DNA from: Bigelowiella natans CCMP2755
Taxonomy: Eukaryota > Protista > Cercozoa
DNA: 64,000 nucleotides
Reading direction: 5' to 3'
NCBI GenBank assembly: GCA_000320545.1
Contig: ADNK01001797.1
Location: forward strand, 1 to 64,000
A program made the position numbers and the translations under genes. This document shows, piece after piece, positions 1 through 13,416 of this stretch (positions within the stretch are counted from its first letter, which is position 1; every line of letters starts with the position of its first letter). The notes beneath the pieces were generated by a model that saw only the letters and a list, made by a program, of their open reading frames with translations, did no database searches and was not told the origin of the DNA.

Positions 1-207
1 TGGGGGGGGGGGGAGTTAGTTAACGAGATGTGGTAACAACAAATTGAATATGTATTTTGGATCATCACCAACTACAACATCATCATCATCATCATCATCA
101 TCATTATCATCTTACAGTGATTAGCTATTGACTGTTTCTGCTGTTGTTGTGCTTCTTCTTTTTCTTGTTGTTATTATTGTTGTTGTGGTGGTGGTGGTGG
201 TGGTGGG

Positions 208-280
208 TGATAGATAACTCGGACAACTGTTTCAATATGTTCGCTAACTTTGCCAATAAGGAGAGGTGCTTCATTCGTAG

Positions 281-311
<31 letters not shown>

Positions 312-912
312 TAGTAGTAATAGTAGCAGCAGCAGCAGCAGTAATAGTAGCAGTAGTGATGATAATGATGTTGTCGTGCTAATATCTTTTGGTTGTCTAC
401 CCAACGACGACGTTTATTCTCATATGCAAACATATGATTCTCGAAAGGCTTTCGGAGCCTTTGATGCTAAGTAAAAATCAGATTTTTCAGCGGAACCACA
501 CCACACCTGTCACCTCGTTCTGGTGAGAAGAAGAAGAAGAAAACCAAGTTTTTCCTCCTTCCTCAACCTTCTCCTCCTCTTCTTCTTTCGATTTTGTGTA
601 GTATTATGAGTTTGCCGTTAAATTTTTGTACGTCGTGATGATGATAGCAAAAGCTTGTAGCATACCGGTCTGGTTTTGTTGCAGTCTTATGCTTGGAATG
701 ATAGTATGATAGTATGATGGTGATGACGACGACGATGATGATGTTATAACGATGATAATGATTCATTTGTTGTCTTATTCAACTATCAACCAGGTACAAA
801 CCCCCAAAGAAATCGGAAGTTTATAATGTGCAGGTAGGTGGTTTCTAACTCTTCTTCCTCCTCTTCTTCCTCCTACCATCGTCAATATAGAATATTTCTT
901 TGACACACACGT

Positions 913-952
<40 letters not shown>

Positions 953-1129
953 GCACATGATGATCGTCAGGCACGGAAGCTTGTCCATGAACTGGCAAAG
1001 TTACCAGATCCCAAGCCATTACATGCAAAAGAAGATAAGAAAGATAAGCCTTCTAGGGAGGAGGACGACGAAAAAAAGACTGACGGAAGTGCTAGTACTA
1101 ATAAAAGCACAGAAGATAATACAGCTTAG
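208..1129 (+). CDS. 3' exons of an unknown multi-exon gene (start outside window)
   Basis: Exons ~795-833 (YKPPKKSEVYNVQ) and ~971-1129 (ARKLVHELAKLPDPKPLHAKEDKKDKPSREEDDEKK...TEDNTA*, TAG 1127-1129) join in phase 0 across a GT-AG intron. Upstream exons uncertain; no family recognised. Confidence 0.5.
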
Positions 1130-1921
1130 AAATAGCCGCGGCGTGTCGTCTGCAGCACGCTCACGTATTGAATTCATCACCTATCAATTGCATCGTGCTT
1201 AGATATCTAGATATATCTGAACTCGTTGTAAATGACTCAGCGCACAAAATATAGCCAGCATGTCTCAGTCTTTATGAGTTTCGCCTATTCTTCATTCGCA
1301 GCAAATACTATGCTCTGCTATTACTAGTATATAATGCGTCATATCCTTCATATATCTATCTATTCCTTATCGTGCATATTCCTCCATAGTATGTACGTTT
1401 AATACTACATATCTGCTGTAGATATATGCTGCGCTAGCATGCATGTCTACATATTAATAATATTATGGTTTAATCGATACGAGAGTACTTATGACGACGC
1501 AATTAACAATGGAAGTCTAGAGGTGGCACTGTGGTACGTGCATGTGAGTAACTGAGTTGTGCCGGGACGCATACACCGCATCGGCGCCCATTATTTATGT
1601 ACCAGCCATAGGCACGGCAAAATAATCACATGTGCAGAAGATTTTTGTGATACTATCATAGCAAAGCTACATTAGGATGACCATCCAGCTTTTGACAGAA
1701 TTCGAACATTCATTACACCCGTCTCATAATTGTGTAATAATGAGTATGTAAATTACAAGTCCTTATGCACATGTGCACCATATAAATAATTAATACGATA
1801 ATATTTCTCGACTTCGTCGCTAGATATGTTATGTCTACTAAAACAGACTTTCTTACTACATTTGGCTAGCAGCAGCACAATATGCATCATTACTATCATG
1901 AGTGGTATTGCAGCAGTGGGT

Positions 1922-2605
1922 TCAGCAGCTGGATGCGGTGCTTGAGCTCGCAACAGATTTGCTCTTACAATCCTTCCTGATCCTTTCTAGCAGCATCCTT
2001 TTGAGCTGAGTAGAATCAGTCTTGAGCATATTTCTAGCCCGATCATTTGTCGGTATTAACACCCCTCGCAATGTTCTTGGTTTGTTGCTATCTATTACTG
2101 GGAGCTCACTTCGAGACATAATCCATCGTTGGTTAGCTGCAAAGTCCATCCATGCACTACCGTCTGTATGGTGTATCCAATCACTTGTGATCGATCGTAT
2201 CGATTTAACCTGGTGCAGTGTGTCGTAGAACTCAGGTGCTATCTCTCTCACCTTGTGCACATCAGTAAAAGGGATTGTTGGAAAGTCGTGATGCTCGACG
2301 TGACGTAAAGCGCCAAGATTAGCCCAATGCCACCAATTGCTTCCCCCATAAGACACGGTAGGCTGGTGTCCGTTGGGGCCTACTGCTAGATGTTGAATCA
2401 ACCAAAAACCGACGTATGGATGACCAAATGCTCCTAATGCGAATCCAGATGCCATCCACAAATAACTGCAAAACAATGTAAGAACAAGATAATAATATTA
2501 ACAATTAGACTAACAAACAAATATCGTGATTTTGGTTGGGATAGTGCCCTCGTTGTGTGATGCCCAGACGAATAAAGGAAAAGGCCAACACTATCAGGGA
2601 GATGG

Positions 2606-2637
<32 letters not shown>

Positions 2638-3971
2638 CGTACGAAAAGCACGGCTACGTGTTACACAATCTCCTCTTGCTACTGAATCATGAGTGATGAT
2701 AATTGAGCATTATTACATGACGCTAGCAGCGCCAAAGATCTTGAAGAAAGCAAACCAGAAACCGATTTTGCACGATATGAGAAGGAACAACGGCCCTTTA
2801 TACTCCATTAAGAAGTTGAGACGATTCACCCCAAAGCAGTGACAAATAAGCACTACAGGTTGCGTGAAAAGTGCAAATATCGTTAACCATGCCACCCTGT
2901 GGAGTAGTAGCAGTAGTAGTAGTAGTAGTAGTAGTAGTAGAAAAATGATGATGATGATGATGCAGATATGGTGATGATGATGATGATGATGATGAGATAG
3001 ATGATTGAAGTATTTCAAGTGTAATAGCAGCTGGCTGCTAATAATAATAATAATAGCTATAATACTTTAAATAATAATAATTGAGTAACAGTGGTAGTAG
3101 TAGTAATAGCACCGTCCTATCCTTGTGGTAGTAAGGCCATGTGGAAGCACAGACCAATACCTGATAATCCAATTAGTCATCTCGATGATCATGGAATACT
3201 GCATCATGATAACATTAAAGTTGGAAGGGGGGTGGGTGGGGGGGGGGAGACGTGCTCTAAGTAGTAACCCTATTGTTACTACTTTTATCATTATTTTGTG
3301 TCGTCTCTCTTTCCAATATCAGTACGTACATTTGGAAGGAAACATCTGGATCATCCATGCTGCCAGCATTGCTATGATGCTGGGAATGAAGTAAAATGTA
3401 GTACGAGTGCCATCTATCCCCCGTTAATCATGATTAAAATTGAACAATAAGAACAAGAAGAAGCAATAAAATTACAAGCCAATCGATTCTTCGTATAGCA
3501 TTTGATGTTCATCCTCCTCCATCACTACTAGCTACTACACGAGAAAGACAACGAGTGCAATATCATATCGATGACTTATGCGAGCACAAGAGTAGTAGTA
3601 GTAGTAGCCATACATCAATCGGTGGTACTTAAACGTCATTAGCTTCCATATTCTTTCTACTGCTTTTTTGCAAGCAATTTATTACCACCACCAAAACGAG
3701 CAGCCTACTAGTCATTCTACTACCCAGGCCAAATATCATACTTACCATAGTCATCGTCATCATCATCATCATCATCATCATCGTTATTGTTCGTACCCAG
3801 GCCCACAGATGCCAAAACTTAAATCTACGATGAACATCAAAGCATGTAGCACGTAAGATGGCCGGAGAACGTTGTGGGATATCTCGTGGGTCAGCTGCTG
3901 CAGGTTGAAGGCACAAGCAGCGCCTGACATTGCTGCAATGGATATAACTGCGGCCTGGGTAATAGAAGGAG

Positions 3972-4013
<42 letters not shown>

Positions 4014-4106
4014 AGAGAGTTTCACATCATATCGATGACGATAGTGATAATGATGATGATAATGGTGACAAAAGATCAAAAATGGCATAGCGTATCTTGT
4101 AGGTAC

Positions 4107-4141
<35 letters not shown>

Positions 4142-4805
4142 TAGTATAGTAATGTATTATTACCAAGGGAACAGCAGCAGGGAGTATGTTCCATCCAAAG
4201 GAATTAAAACTACTGCTGCTACTAGGAATTGTTCTGCCAATATGATCATACAGATATGCACATGCAACGGCTGTTGCGAGATGAATGGCTAGAATTCCCC
4301 CAATCCAAGCCTCATACACTGGTTTTCGGTCTGAAAATGACAATTACGATGATGATCATGATGCTGGTGGTGGTGGTGGTAGTTGTAATATTGATGATGA
4401 TGCACGGTAACTACTACGTAAGTGATGGAAAGCAGTAAGAATCTTGTGGTGAAGAGATTTATTATACTGTATTTAAAAAGTGCTTTCGTATCTAGTGAGC
4501 TGCAGCAGCAGCAACAACAGCATCACAACAGTTATCATCGACTTCATCATTTGGAAATGCTTTTATCACCAGCAATCAATAAATCATCATTACTACAATA
4601 TAATGAAACCCTATCCAGCTATAATAAGAAGATGCGCCCTCAGCGATTGGCTTTGATTATACCATACCGCTATGCATCAGGCGCCGTATTTTGGGGTACT
4701 TGGATAGCATTTTAGCTCGACGTCTATGATGCCACTGGAAGCAGGCTTGAAGACCCCCCTTCATGTTTTCTGGAGGCTTTTCAGCACTGAGCAATTCTAA
4801 GGGGA

Positions 4806-4845
<40 letters not shown>

Positions 4846-5745
4846 ATGCAGACACAGCCAATCTTAGCAAAACTTTTGCACGCATCACATCAACGATAAA
4901 TAGCAACAGCAACTGCTTGAGAAAACTATTCGAAAATGAATTAAAAACACCACCACCTGGATAGAGAAAATATACTTTCTCGTCATATTGTTGTTCCTTT
5001 TGCTCCGGTCCGGTTAGTTGCTCCTTTTGCTCTGATTTGGCCTGTTTCTCTGCGCTTTCACTGCTGGCCCCAAGTTTTGCCTCCTTCTCTTTGATCATCA
5101 AAGACTTTTCTTCCGATCTGCAGCTCTCTGTTCTTTCTACCATCCCCTTCTTCTTCATCATCACCGTGTCGTTTTCGACCTTACTACTTTTGCATCCCTT
5201 AGTGGAGATCTTATCATGTCGCGCTACTGGCTCCATGAGACCATACATTGCTGTACGACTCTTTACGATGCCTACGATCTCGAGCTAAGATTCGATGTAT
5301 TAATTAATATGCTTATTTGACATTACTTTCTAATTCTACTTCATAAAACACCTCTATTCTCCCGCAAGTTATTTGTGTTCGAACAATAATGTAATTATAC
5401 CCTTCGCCAGCGTCCGTCAATCGACGCCCATACGAGTGGATCATCTTCCTTCTCAACTAATTCCTAGAAATAATAAGGTGCAAATAAATGAAAACGTTTT
5501 GATTGAGATTGCGCTCCTACATCTTAAAAAGCACCCTAATGAGTCTTTCATCCTGGGATACTGCATTAAAAGAAGCTGATTTTCCTGATTGTAGTTAGCG
5601 AGATAGTTCCGTTGGCGTTTAGTGAAAGTAGTAGTATCCGGAGAGAGATAGAAGATACACACATACCTGCTGCACTTCTGAGAAAGGAGAAAGTGCTACT
5701 GAGGGCACTCTGGAGGTATGTCCCACCTTGCCGTAGATTCTCCAT
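1922..5745 (-). CDS. DEGS1: Sphingolipid delta-4 desaturase (DEGS/DES1)-like membrane fatty acid desaturase
   Basis: Hand-spliced exons give YDEKWHHRRRAKMLSKYPKIRRLM (cf. DEGS YTDQPHxxRRxEILAKYPEIKSLM) and three His boxes: LTHEISHN (~3860), LLHSQHHSNAG (~3370), RHVEHHDFPTIP...VREIAPEFYDTL (~2240-2300). Probable ATG 5743-5745 (MENLRQGG...); 5' exons join in consistent phase. Confidence 0.9.
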
Positions 5746-5873
5746 ACTCGCGCTCTGACTTCCTTCTTCCCGCTTCTTGCTGTTCTTCTTCCTCGTGGAC
5801 TACTTCGGATGAGTCTAGGCAACCATTAAACAACTACCAGCACAAAGGGCAGCCATACGCCCCATAGCCGAAC

Positions 5874-5995
5874 TACTGACGGTCAATAACGGGGATTAAC
5901 GACTCACCTGATATTTGACGTAATGACTGGTACTGACGGCGGGTAACAACGGGGGGATTTTTGGTTACTCCTGTCAGGAATAATGTCAGGAGTCA
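5874..5995. promoter_or_regulatory. Putative bidirectional promoter element cluster (8 TGAC/GTCA sites, imperfect direct repeat)
   Basis: Lies between divergent ATGs at 5745 and 6280. TGAC/GTCA at 5877, 5882, 5916, 5924, 5934, 5973, 5985, 5992. Repeat TACTGACGG..AAC..GGGG..ATT at ~5874 and 5931. Confidence 0.45.
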
Positions 5996-6279
5996 GATCA
6001 TCACCAAATTCATTTGATTTTCGAAACTCAAATTCTGAGATTTATATTTTCAATTTTGCTGAATAGACGCCATAATTTTGGCATCCTTTTTGATGAATTT
6101 ATTAGGTATATTTTTGTCGCATTGGACCAATGTCGATCCTTTATTGGAGAGTCTGCCTATGCCTATATCTTCTTCCGACTTGCCACACAGGCGTCGGTTC
6201 TGGTTGTGGTTCATCTGCGGCTGTCTGTTACTGGCATCATCAAAATCGGTCAAGGGGTTAGAGCAGATTCCACATCAAC

Positions 6280-7417
6280 ATGTTCCTACGTGGAATTATC
6301 AAACGAGGAGTGCCGGTAATTCGAACAAATTGACGTGCTAAGTAACTAATTACTGCGTTAATAGATCGTCACACTCAAGGTTGGAGCAGGGCTCTCCGCT
6401 GCCACGTGTCTGGGGCTGGGATATTGTTATAGGAACTCCGCCGTCGGCGCAATCGTGCATGCAGAAGAAGAAAGCGATTGCAAGGAGCTACTACGAGGGG
6501 CGGTTGATAAGGATGATCTAGACTTGGTCCAAGTACAGGTGAATAATAATAATCTGTATCTCTACCAATAACCGAAGAGGATTATGTGTACATAAGCAAC
6601 ACGCAAGACCGCACGCGCGCGCGCATACACACACACACACACACACACACAAAATGGCGAGTACGTGCCTGTGTGTGTGTGTGTGTGTGTTTGTCTAGCA
6701 CACATACGCACTCACATGCAAGATGTTTACGTCATGGAGCAGTTGTCTTCTTCGCTGCTAATGTTAATAGTAACATATTCTTAGGTTCTGTTTCGACATG
6801 GTGCAAGGTCCAATTTGTGGGATTATCCAGGGTCTGACAATTAATTTCATCATTACTTTGAATTGATTCACTTCACTCACACATACATGCTACTGCTATT
6901 CTATAGCTCAGAAGGGACAATCTGGAACCAATGCGGAAGGAAGCAAATTCTTCAACCTTTCCCAATCATGGTACTTTTCTCCATAATTTAGCCATTGACT
7001 CTTAGTAAAAACACAAGAATTATTTCAACATGATGTGATTGTCATCTTCACTTCTATTCTTCCTCATTAACTAGGTTCAGAAAGAGGGAGGAGGTCCAGC
7101 TCCTCTTTTGGTAATAATGGCGGTGTTGATGAGTGGTGCCACATGTGACGTTCTTTTGCTCTTATCCTAGCTTTTTCCTGCGAAGTCCAATGTATATCGC
7201 TCATAGTCGGGGTCCACATAAAACAATAACAATGCCATTAAGGAGATTATTGATAACGTCCCCCCCCTCCTCCTTTATGTACAATTTGTTATGATGAATC
7301 AGAGTAAAGTAGTCCAGAGACAAGTTGACACAGTGTATCAGGGTTGGTTGTTGTTGCTATTTCTTATCATCAACACTTCCACTTTCAGAACATCAGAGAG
7401 AAGGAGAGGGAGAGAGG

Positions 7418-7459
<42 letters not shown>

Positions 7460-8844
7460 GGCGAGTAGTCCATCATTATGAGTATTAGCATTATGATCAT
7501 GAGATATCTCATGATATCATTCACTGTTCAACAGGAGGATGTCATGCTGGCCAATTGACGGATTTGGGGAAGCTTCAGGTATGTTCTGTTACATTATTCA
7601 ACGGTTCTTTTAAGGTTGCATCCTACATATTTATCTCTCCTTCCTCCTCCTTGACTACTCCTCCCCTCCCTCCCCCTCGTTCTTTCTCTAGTCAGCGGCT
7701 CTTGGGGTGAAGTTAGGGTCAAGATACCCTTCCATCGTAGCTGCAATGTACTTAACCCTCCTCCATTACTTCTTTTCTCTTACGTTATTACTCTCGTAGT
7801 ACCCTTGATAGCTTCTCTTCCTCCTCCTAACATCGATGGAGAAGAGGAGAAAGAGCTGCCTGCTGCCGTGAAAAATCATCAAACATAATACAGAATAATA
7901 TAAATGAGATTTTATGATCAAAGGCGAGTAAGCATGGCATAACAACTGTGGTATTGTTTGTTACAGATCTTCTGACCCCAGCGGGATATACGTCCGGTAT
8001 ATAGTAAGATATATAGTATTCATTGTCTGTGTTGTTTCTATCAATTTATTAGCATCGATTGTAGTAATATTATCGTTATTAGGTCAACGAACTATCCAAG
8101 AACAATTGAGACTGCACAATATGTATGTGAGAAAGAATGAAAACAGCGCCAGCAGCAGCAGCATCAGCAGCAGCAGCAACAACAACAAGAGAAGAAGAAG
8201 AAGAAGAAGAAGAAGAAGAAGAAGGAGAAGAAGAAGGAGGAGGAGGAGGAAGGAGGAAACTATCACTATAATTACAACGACGAAAAGGAGATCGATCGAG
8301 AGAATGATGCTACTAGTTAAACACTCAAGGCCACAGATTTAATGCATCCACTGCTGCTGCTGCTACCACGACTACTACTACTACTAATACTACTACTACT
8401 TACTACTACTTACTACTACTACTACAGACTACTGCTACTACTAGTACACAGTTCGGTACCAGTATATTTATTCTATCTTACTCCTTTAACACACACACAT
8501 AAACCGTCTTAATCATTCTACGACGAAGGTGTTGCGTGGACTCGCAAACGATAACTGGAGGCAAACAATCACCATCAACACAGGTATAATAGGGTGTATT
8601 ATCACACAATGTTTACTATTCTCTTCTCTCACCATTCTTTGCAATATCTTACTTCTATACCACCTCATTCTGGCATCATCATCATAGTGCTCTTCTTTGC
8701 AAATTGCTGCTTCTGCTTTGACTTCTACTACTACTTCTTACTACCACTCGCATTCAATATCAGTTCCAAGTGCTGAGGAGTTGATGGTTGGTACAAATAA
8801 GAAGGTGAGAGAAAACTAGTAGTGCTTCGAAACATAGAGAGATT

Positions 8845-8876
<32 letters not shown>

Positions 8877-10295
8877 AACGATGATGATAATGTAGAAGAT
8901 GGCGTGCGATAAGAACGGTATTAGTATTGGTAGTAGTAGTGGTAGCATCATCATCGTCATCATCATATTCCACTATCACTTCCACCACCACCACTACTAC
9001 CACTACTACTACTTCCAAACGACATCATAAACGAATAAAACAGGCATGCCCCAACTTGGGAGAGAAATTCAAGGAAGGAAGAGAATACTATGCTCGAAAC
9101 ACACCTGCTCAGGTACAGCGTTAATGCTACGCTATGATATGGTCATGTAAACACCAACCACTACCACCACCACCAGCGCTTGAAAATCTTCAAACTAGCA
9201 AGAAATATCACAGTGTGTTTGTTAACCATATAACGTAATCGTCTACAATGGACACTGCCATGCAGCACAACGAATTTATTGATTGAAACTATGCTTCGCA
9301 ATGCAACGATTATATCTTAATTTCTTCTTCTTCTTCTTCCTTTAATCAATGAATGGTTTTCCTTTTCTAAATAGCACTGTTCTTATCATCCATGTGCTGC
9401 TGCTGCTACTACTACTACTACTACTACTACGAAAGCTACTAAGACAACAACTGGGTCTTTATTACCATTCAACCCCCAGGCCTTGAAGCTACGCTATCAG
9501 TTACAAGACAGCCTCAGTATGTATGTGCGCGTGTGCTTCTATAAAGAGAGACAGAGAGAGGGAGAAAGAGAGAATATCATAAGTCACACTACCACACCAT
9601 CATGACCACCATTAACGCCGTTGTCATCATCACCACCATCATCAGCATCATAATCATTCTTATCATCACACACAAAACTAGGTTCAGCTGCCTGTAGTAC
9701 ATTAAGTGTTGGGAACTCAAAAGACGACTGGAAAGGGTATTATTGTTGATTTACTCAATGTTATGATCACTATTGTGATTTTTGTTTGAAGTTAGTCATT
9801 GGTGCTGCTGCATTCTAAAGAATTGCGAGTTACTTACGTCCTGCTCTCTCTCTCTCTTTCTCTCTGTGTGAGTCCATTTTGGGTTTTTTAAGATGGTAGG
9901 ATGTTGCTTTATGATGTCCTGTTATTATCCCTTTCAGAAATAATCTTATTCCAACAAATGATGCTTTAAAGTGCTTGAGTGCTCACGGTAGTACCTCATT
10001 CATTTTAGATAGATGCACCAGTAATTTCCAACTATCCATGACATTATTCTTCCTTTTCACTAGAACTTTCCAACTATCATTGATATTATTCTTCCTTTTC
10101 ACTACTACTACTACTACTACTATTATTACTATTGCCTTGCTTTGTACAGCCCCCATATTTACGTTTGATTGATTATTGCGTATTTTTTATTATAATTCCT
10201 ATCATCTATAATAATAATGGCTATCTTTAGGAATGCCCCTGCCGTCATGGGCAGATCATCAACTTGCTAAAGACGCACACAGGTGCTTTTTAAGC

Positions 10296-10341
<46 letters not shown>

Positions 10342-10927
10342 GGTGATGGTAGTAACGTTATATGATGGTATGCCAATTTGAGTACTACTAGGATAGTTAT
10401 AACTCATCGTCCTCATGACCATCATCCATGATAATCACTGCCCTTACTACTAACTATCTACAGTTGTGCTGGTACTCAAATAGCATACTTGATGCAAAAG
10501 GACGGGTGAGAAAAGAACAACCAGAACAACCAGAAAAAGAAGGAGAAGAAGAAGAAGAAGAAAAAATGAGGAAAAAACGCACTTACATGCTGCTGCTAAT
10601 AAGTGTGAAAATTATTAGTATCATGATCAATATCTAGGATCTTAAGTTGCTGCTGATGTTCCATATACATTATTATTCCTCTTCCTGTTTTATATTCTGG
10701 TTCTGATTGATAATATTGTTCTCAGAAAGGATTCTTCGTTCCGTACTGAAGTGTCTAGACTGGGAATTGGGTACAAATAGCAATGATAATAATAATAATA
10801 ATAATAATAGTAGTAGTAGTAGTAAAATACAGTTGTAGGAGTAGTAATATCCGAACTGTGCCGTCATCATCGTCATCATCATCATTATCATTATCCTCAC
10901 TACCATCATCATATTATTATTACAGTG

Positions 10928-10966
<39 letters not shown>

Positions 10967-11420
10967 TATTATTATTATTTATAGGCGTTTTTTGGCTTTG
11001 ATATCGTCTTCTATGGAAGACTTCATTACCTGTAAGCCTGAAAGCAAGACTATGAAACTTTATTCAGGTAGTAACAACAACAACAACAACAACAACAATA
11101 ACACACTTATGAAGTAATATTCACGTAGTAATTCTTCTCTGTTGTTTATTGGAAAATTTTCCTTTCCGATCTCCTTTAACTTGTGGTTATCGTTGTTCCC
11201 CTCTGAAGAGTGTTGGCGATGAATAAATCAATGAATAAATAATAGGGCATGATACGACAGTGTTACCGGTTTTGATTTCGTACCAGCTGTTTAATGGTAA
11301 TAAATGAAGAAGAATTAACAACAACAACACAACAAGAAGAAGAAAAAGAGAGAATATTCATAATTAGTAGTGGCTGGTACAGCCTTGATTTTTCTCAATT
11401 CCCTTTACTACAAGAGCTTT

Positions 11421-11481
<61 letters not shown>

Positions 11482-12303
11482 ACTATCATTGAAGGTATTT
11501 AGGAACTCACTTCGCCGTCTTTTCTATAATCATCATCCACTCAATCAATCAATCATCAATCAATCATCATCATCATCATCATCATCATCATTCTACTTCT
11601 CTCATGGCTAGGGACATGGCCAAGTTTTTGCTCTTCGATCGTGTGGGAGCTGCACAGGCATAAGACCACGGGGAATCATTATGTGCGCGTTCTGTACGAT
11701 GTAATCACAATTCATAGAAAAGGAAAAAATATTTTAATAGGCGCCCAAATCACCGACTCTACACACATTCTCGCATCATGGTTTAAGCTACTCTCTATTT
11801 TCTTTAGCTTCCTCACAAATTTTCCCAGTTTAAACCTTGACTCTTTTCTGCTGAGCAAATCATTATATCTCTGAAACATGAATGCATATGCCAGTTTAAA
11901 CCTATGAGTCTGCTGCCTGTGACAACAAGTGGCATTGCTCAAACCGGATCGTCCGCGTTTGTGCCTTTCGATAAATTCAAAGCTCTCACAAATAGGTGGT
12001 TGGGGCGTGGGGGGATGGTGGTCAAATACTAGCGAAAATAGGAATTGTAGTAAGCAGTTAAAAGGCATTGGGGTTGTTACTGTGTTGTTTTAAATCGTCG
12101 CCATTCTCTGAAATACTAATCAATATAGTCTATAGAGTCGCTAAAATTACCTCCATATTCGTAAATTCCTGAGGATGATTCGTTCTATTTTCAGTTTGTC
12201 GCCTACCGACTTCGAGTCAGAATGCTCTGTGTGCTGCAAACCCCATGTGAAGGAAGGCGAGTCAGTTGTACGCCAAAAGGATATTGATCCAGGGAAGTTT
12301 TAA
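6280..12303 (+). CDS. ACP6: Histidine acid phosphatase (branch 2), lysophosphatidic acid phosphatase ACP6-like
   Basis: Spliced LVQVQVLFRHGARS (RHGxRx motif, ~6520-6810), GGCHAGQLTDLGKLQ (~7530), YVRSTNYPRTIETAQ, MKLYSGHDTTVLPVL (HD motif, ~11050-11280), TWPSFCSSIVWELHRH, last exon ...DPGKF* (TAA 12301-12303). N-terminus MFLRGIIKRGVP resembles a mitochondrial presequence. Confidence 0.9.
8145..8270. repeat. Compound microsatellite (AGC)n(AAC)n(AAG)n(AGG)n in an ACP6 intron
   Basis: Directly visible; representative of dozens of intronic SSRs in the window. Confidence 0.95.
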
Positions 12304-13416
12304 GCTCCAAAGTTTACGAGTTTTGTATGGATATTTAGTTGCTGAATTATTGTTCTATCATTGGAAGAACTTTACTTTGAGTCCGCAATGCGTCATATTT
12401 TCTACGTTTGATTTTGGAAAATGTAACACGATGTGGGTTTTGCACACGTGTTTTCCACGCTTAGAACTAGATACTGGAACTTAGGATGCTATAGACTACA
12501 TGGAATTGACAAAACATCGGCAAAGACGATGTCAAAGTTATTACTTGTGAACAATTGTTTGTAAATTGATGGATTGACGGATTGCCACACATTGAATCTA
12601 CGTTCCATTTCGCTGTATGTCACACTTCGTCATTTCCTTGTGCGTTTGTTTCATTGTGACGTTCCGCCGGGCCTAAATTCACGACCAGGCGCATTATTGC
12701 GCAATTTAGGATGCATGCCAGAAACAAGCGTGCATTCATTAGATTAGCAGGTTAACAACAGCTAGTTGTATATGCATGTATAGCAAGTTCGATTTGGCTT
12801 CGCTCTTACACTCTTACAATAACATCACAAACAATGTCTGTCATGTTCGTGACATGCATGATGCCTAGACGAAAACGACTATGCGAGATAAGTCCGTGAA
12901 GATTTTTTTGGGCACAATTTCTATATTGGTTGACGCCACATATATCTATGTACGAAATGTAATATACTAGCATGACAGCAGCATCGTAAGTCTGTTGCGT
13001 GTAACTGTCTAGACTATGAGGGCACTGCACCTATACCAGCTGCTAGCGTGGCATTGCGCTCTTGATCATCATCAGTTGCATACATATTCATCCTACCTGC
13101 TGCATTGGACAGCTAGCACGCACAGAAATCGAAGATCTAGAGTCTAATATATCATTATTATCTGGCTAAACGCAAGGCTAACTGGTCGTGCAATGTTCAT
13201 TTTGATATTTATCATCGATATGATCTAAACTTCAATCCAACTTATGAACTATCCGATATGTGCCAGGGTATTTCTGAAACAGCTTCGATTCCTCACGAAG
13301 ACAAGCTAGAAGCTTGCTACTTTTATCAAGAGATCGTAAAGCATGGTTCGGATATCGCTGCAACAAGAGAACATTTTACTGTTTATGCTGGCCGATATGA
13401 AGCAAAGTAGCTTCCT

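Noticed and set aside
471-490. Apparent 20-nt GT-AG mini-intron (GTAAAAATCAGATTTTTCAG)
   Set aside because: Equally explained as branch point plus acceptor of a longer intron; the upstream exon lacks a clear acceptor and no homology tests the frame.
4735-4754. Apparent 20-nt intron restoring frame in the desaturase
   Set aside because: A single longer intron (donor ~4975, same acceptor) gives YDEK|WHHRRR, which aligns without gaps to the DEGS N-terminal motif.
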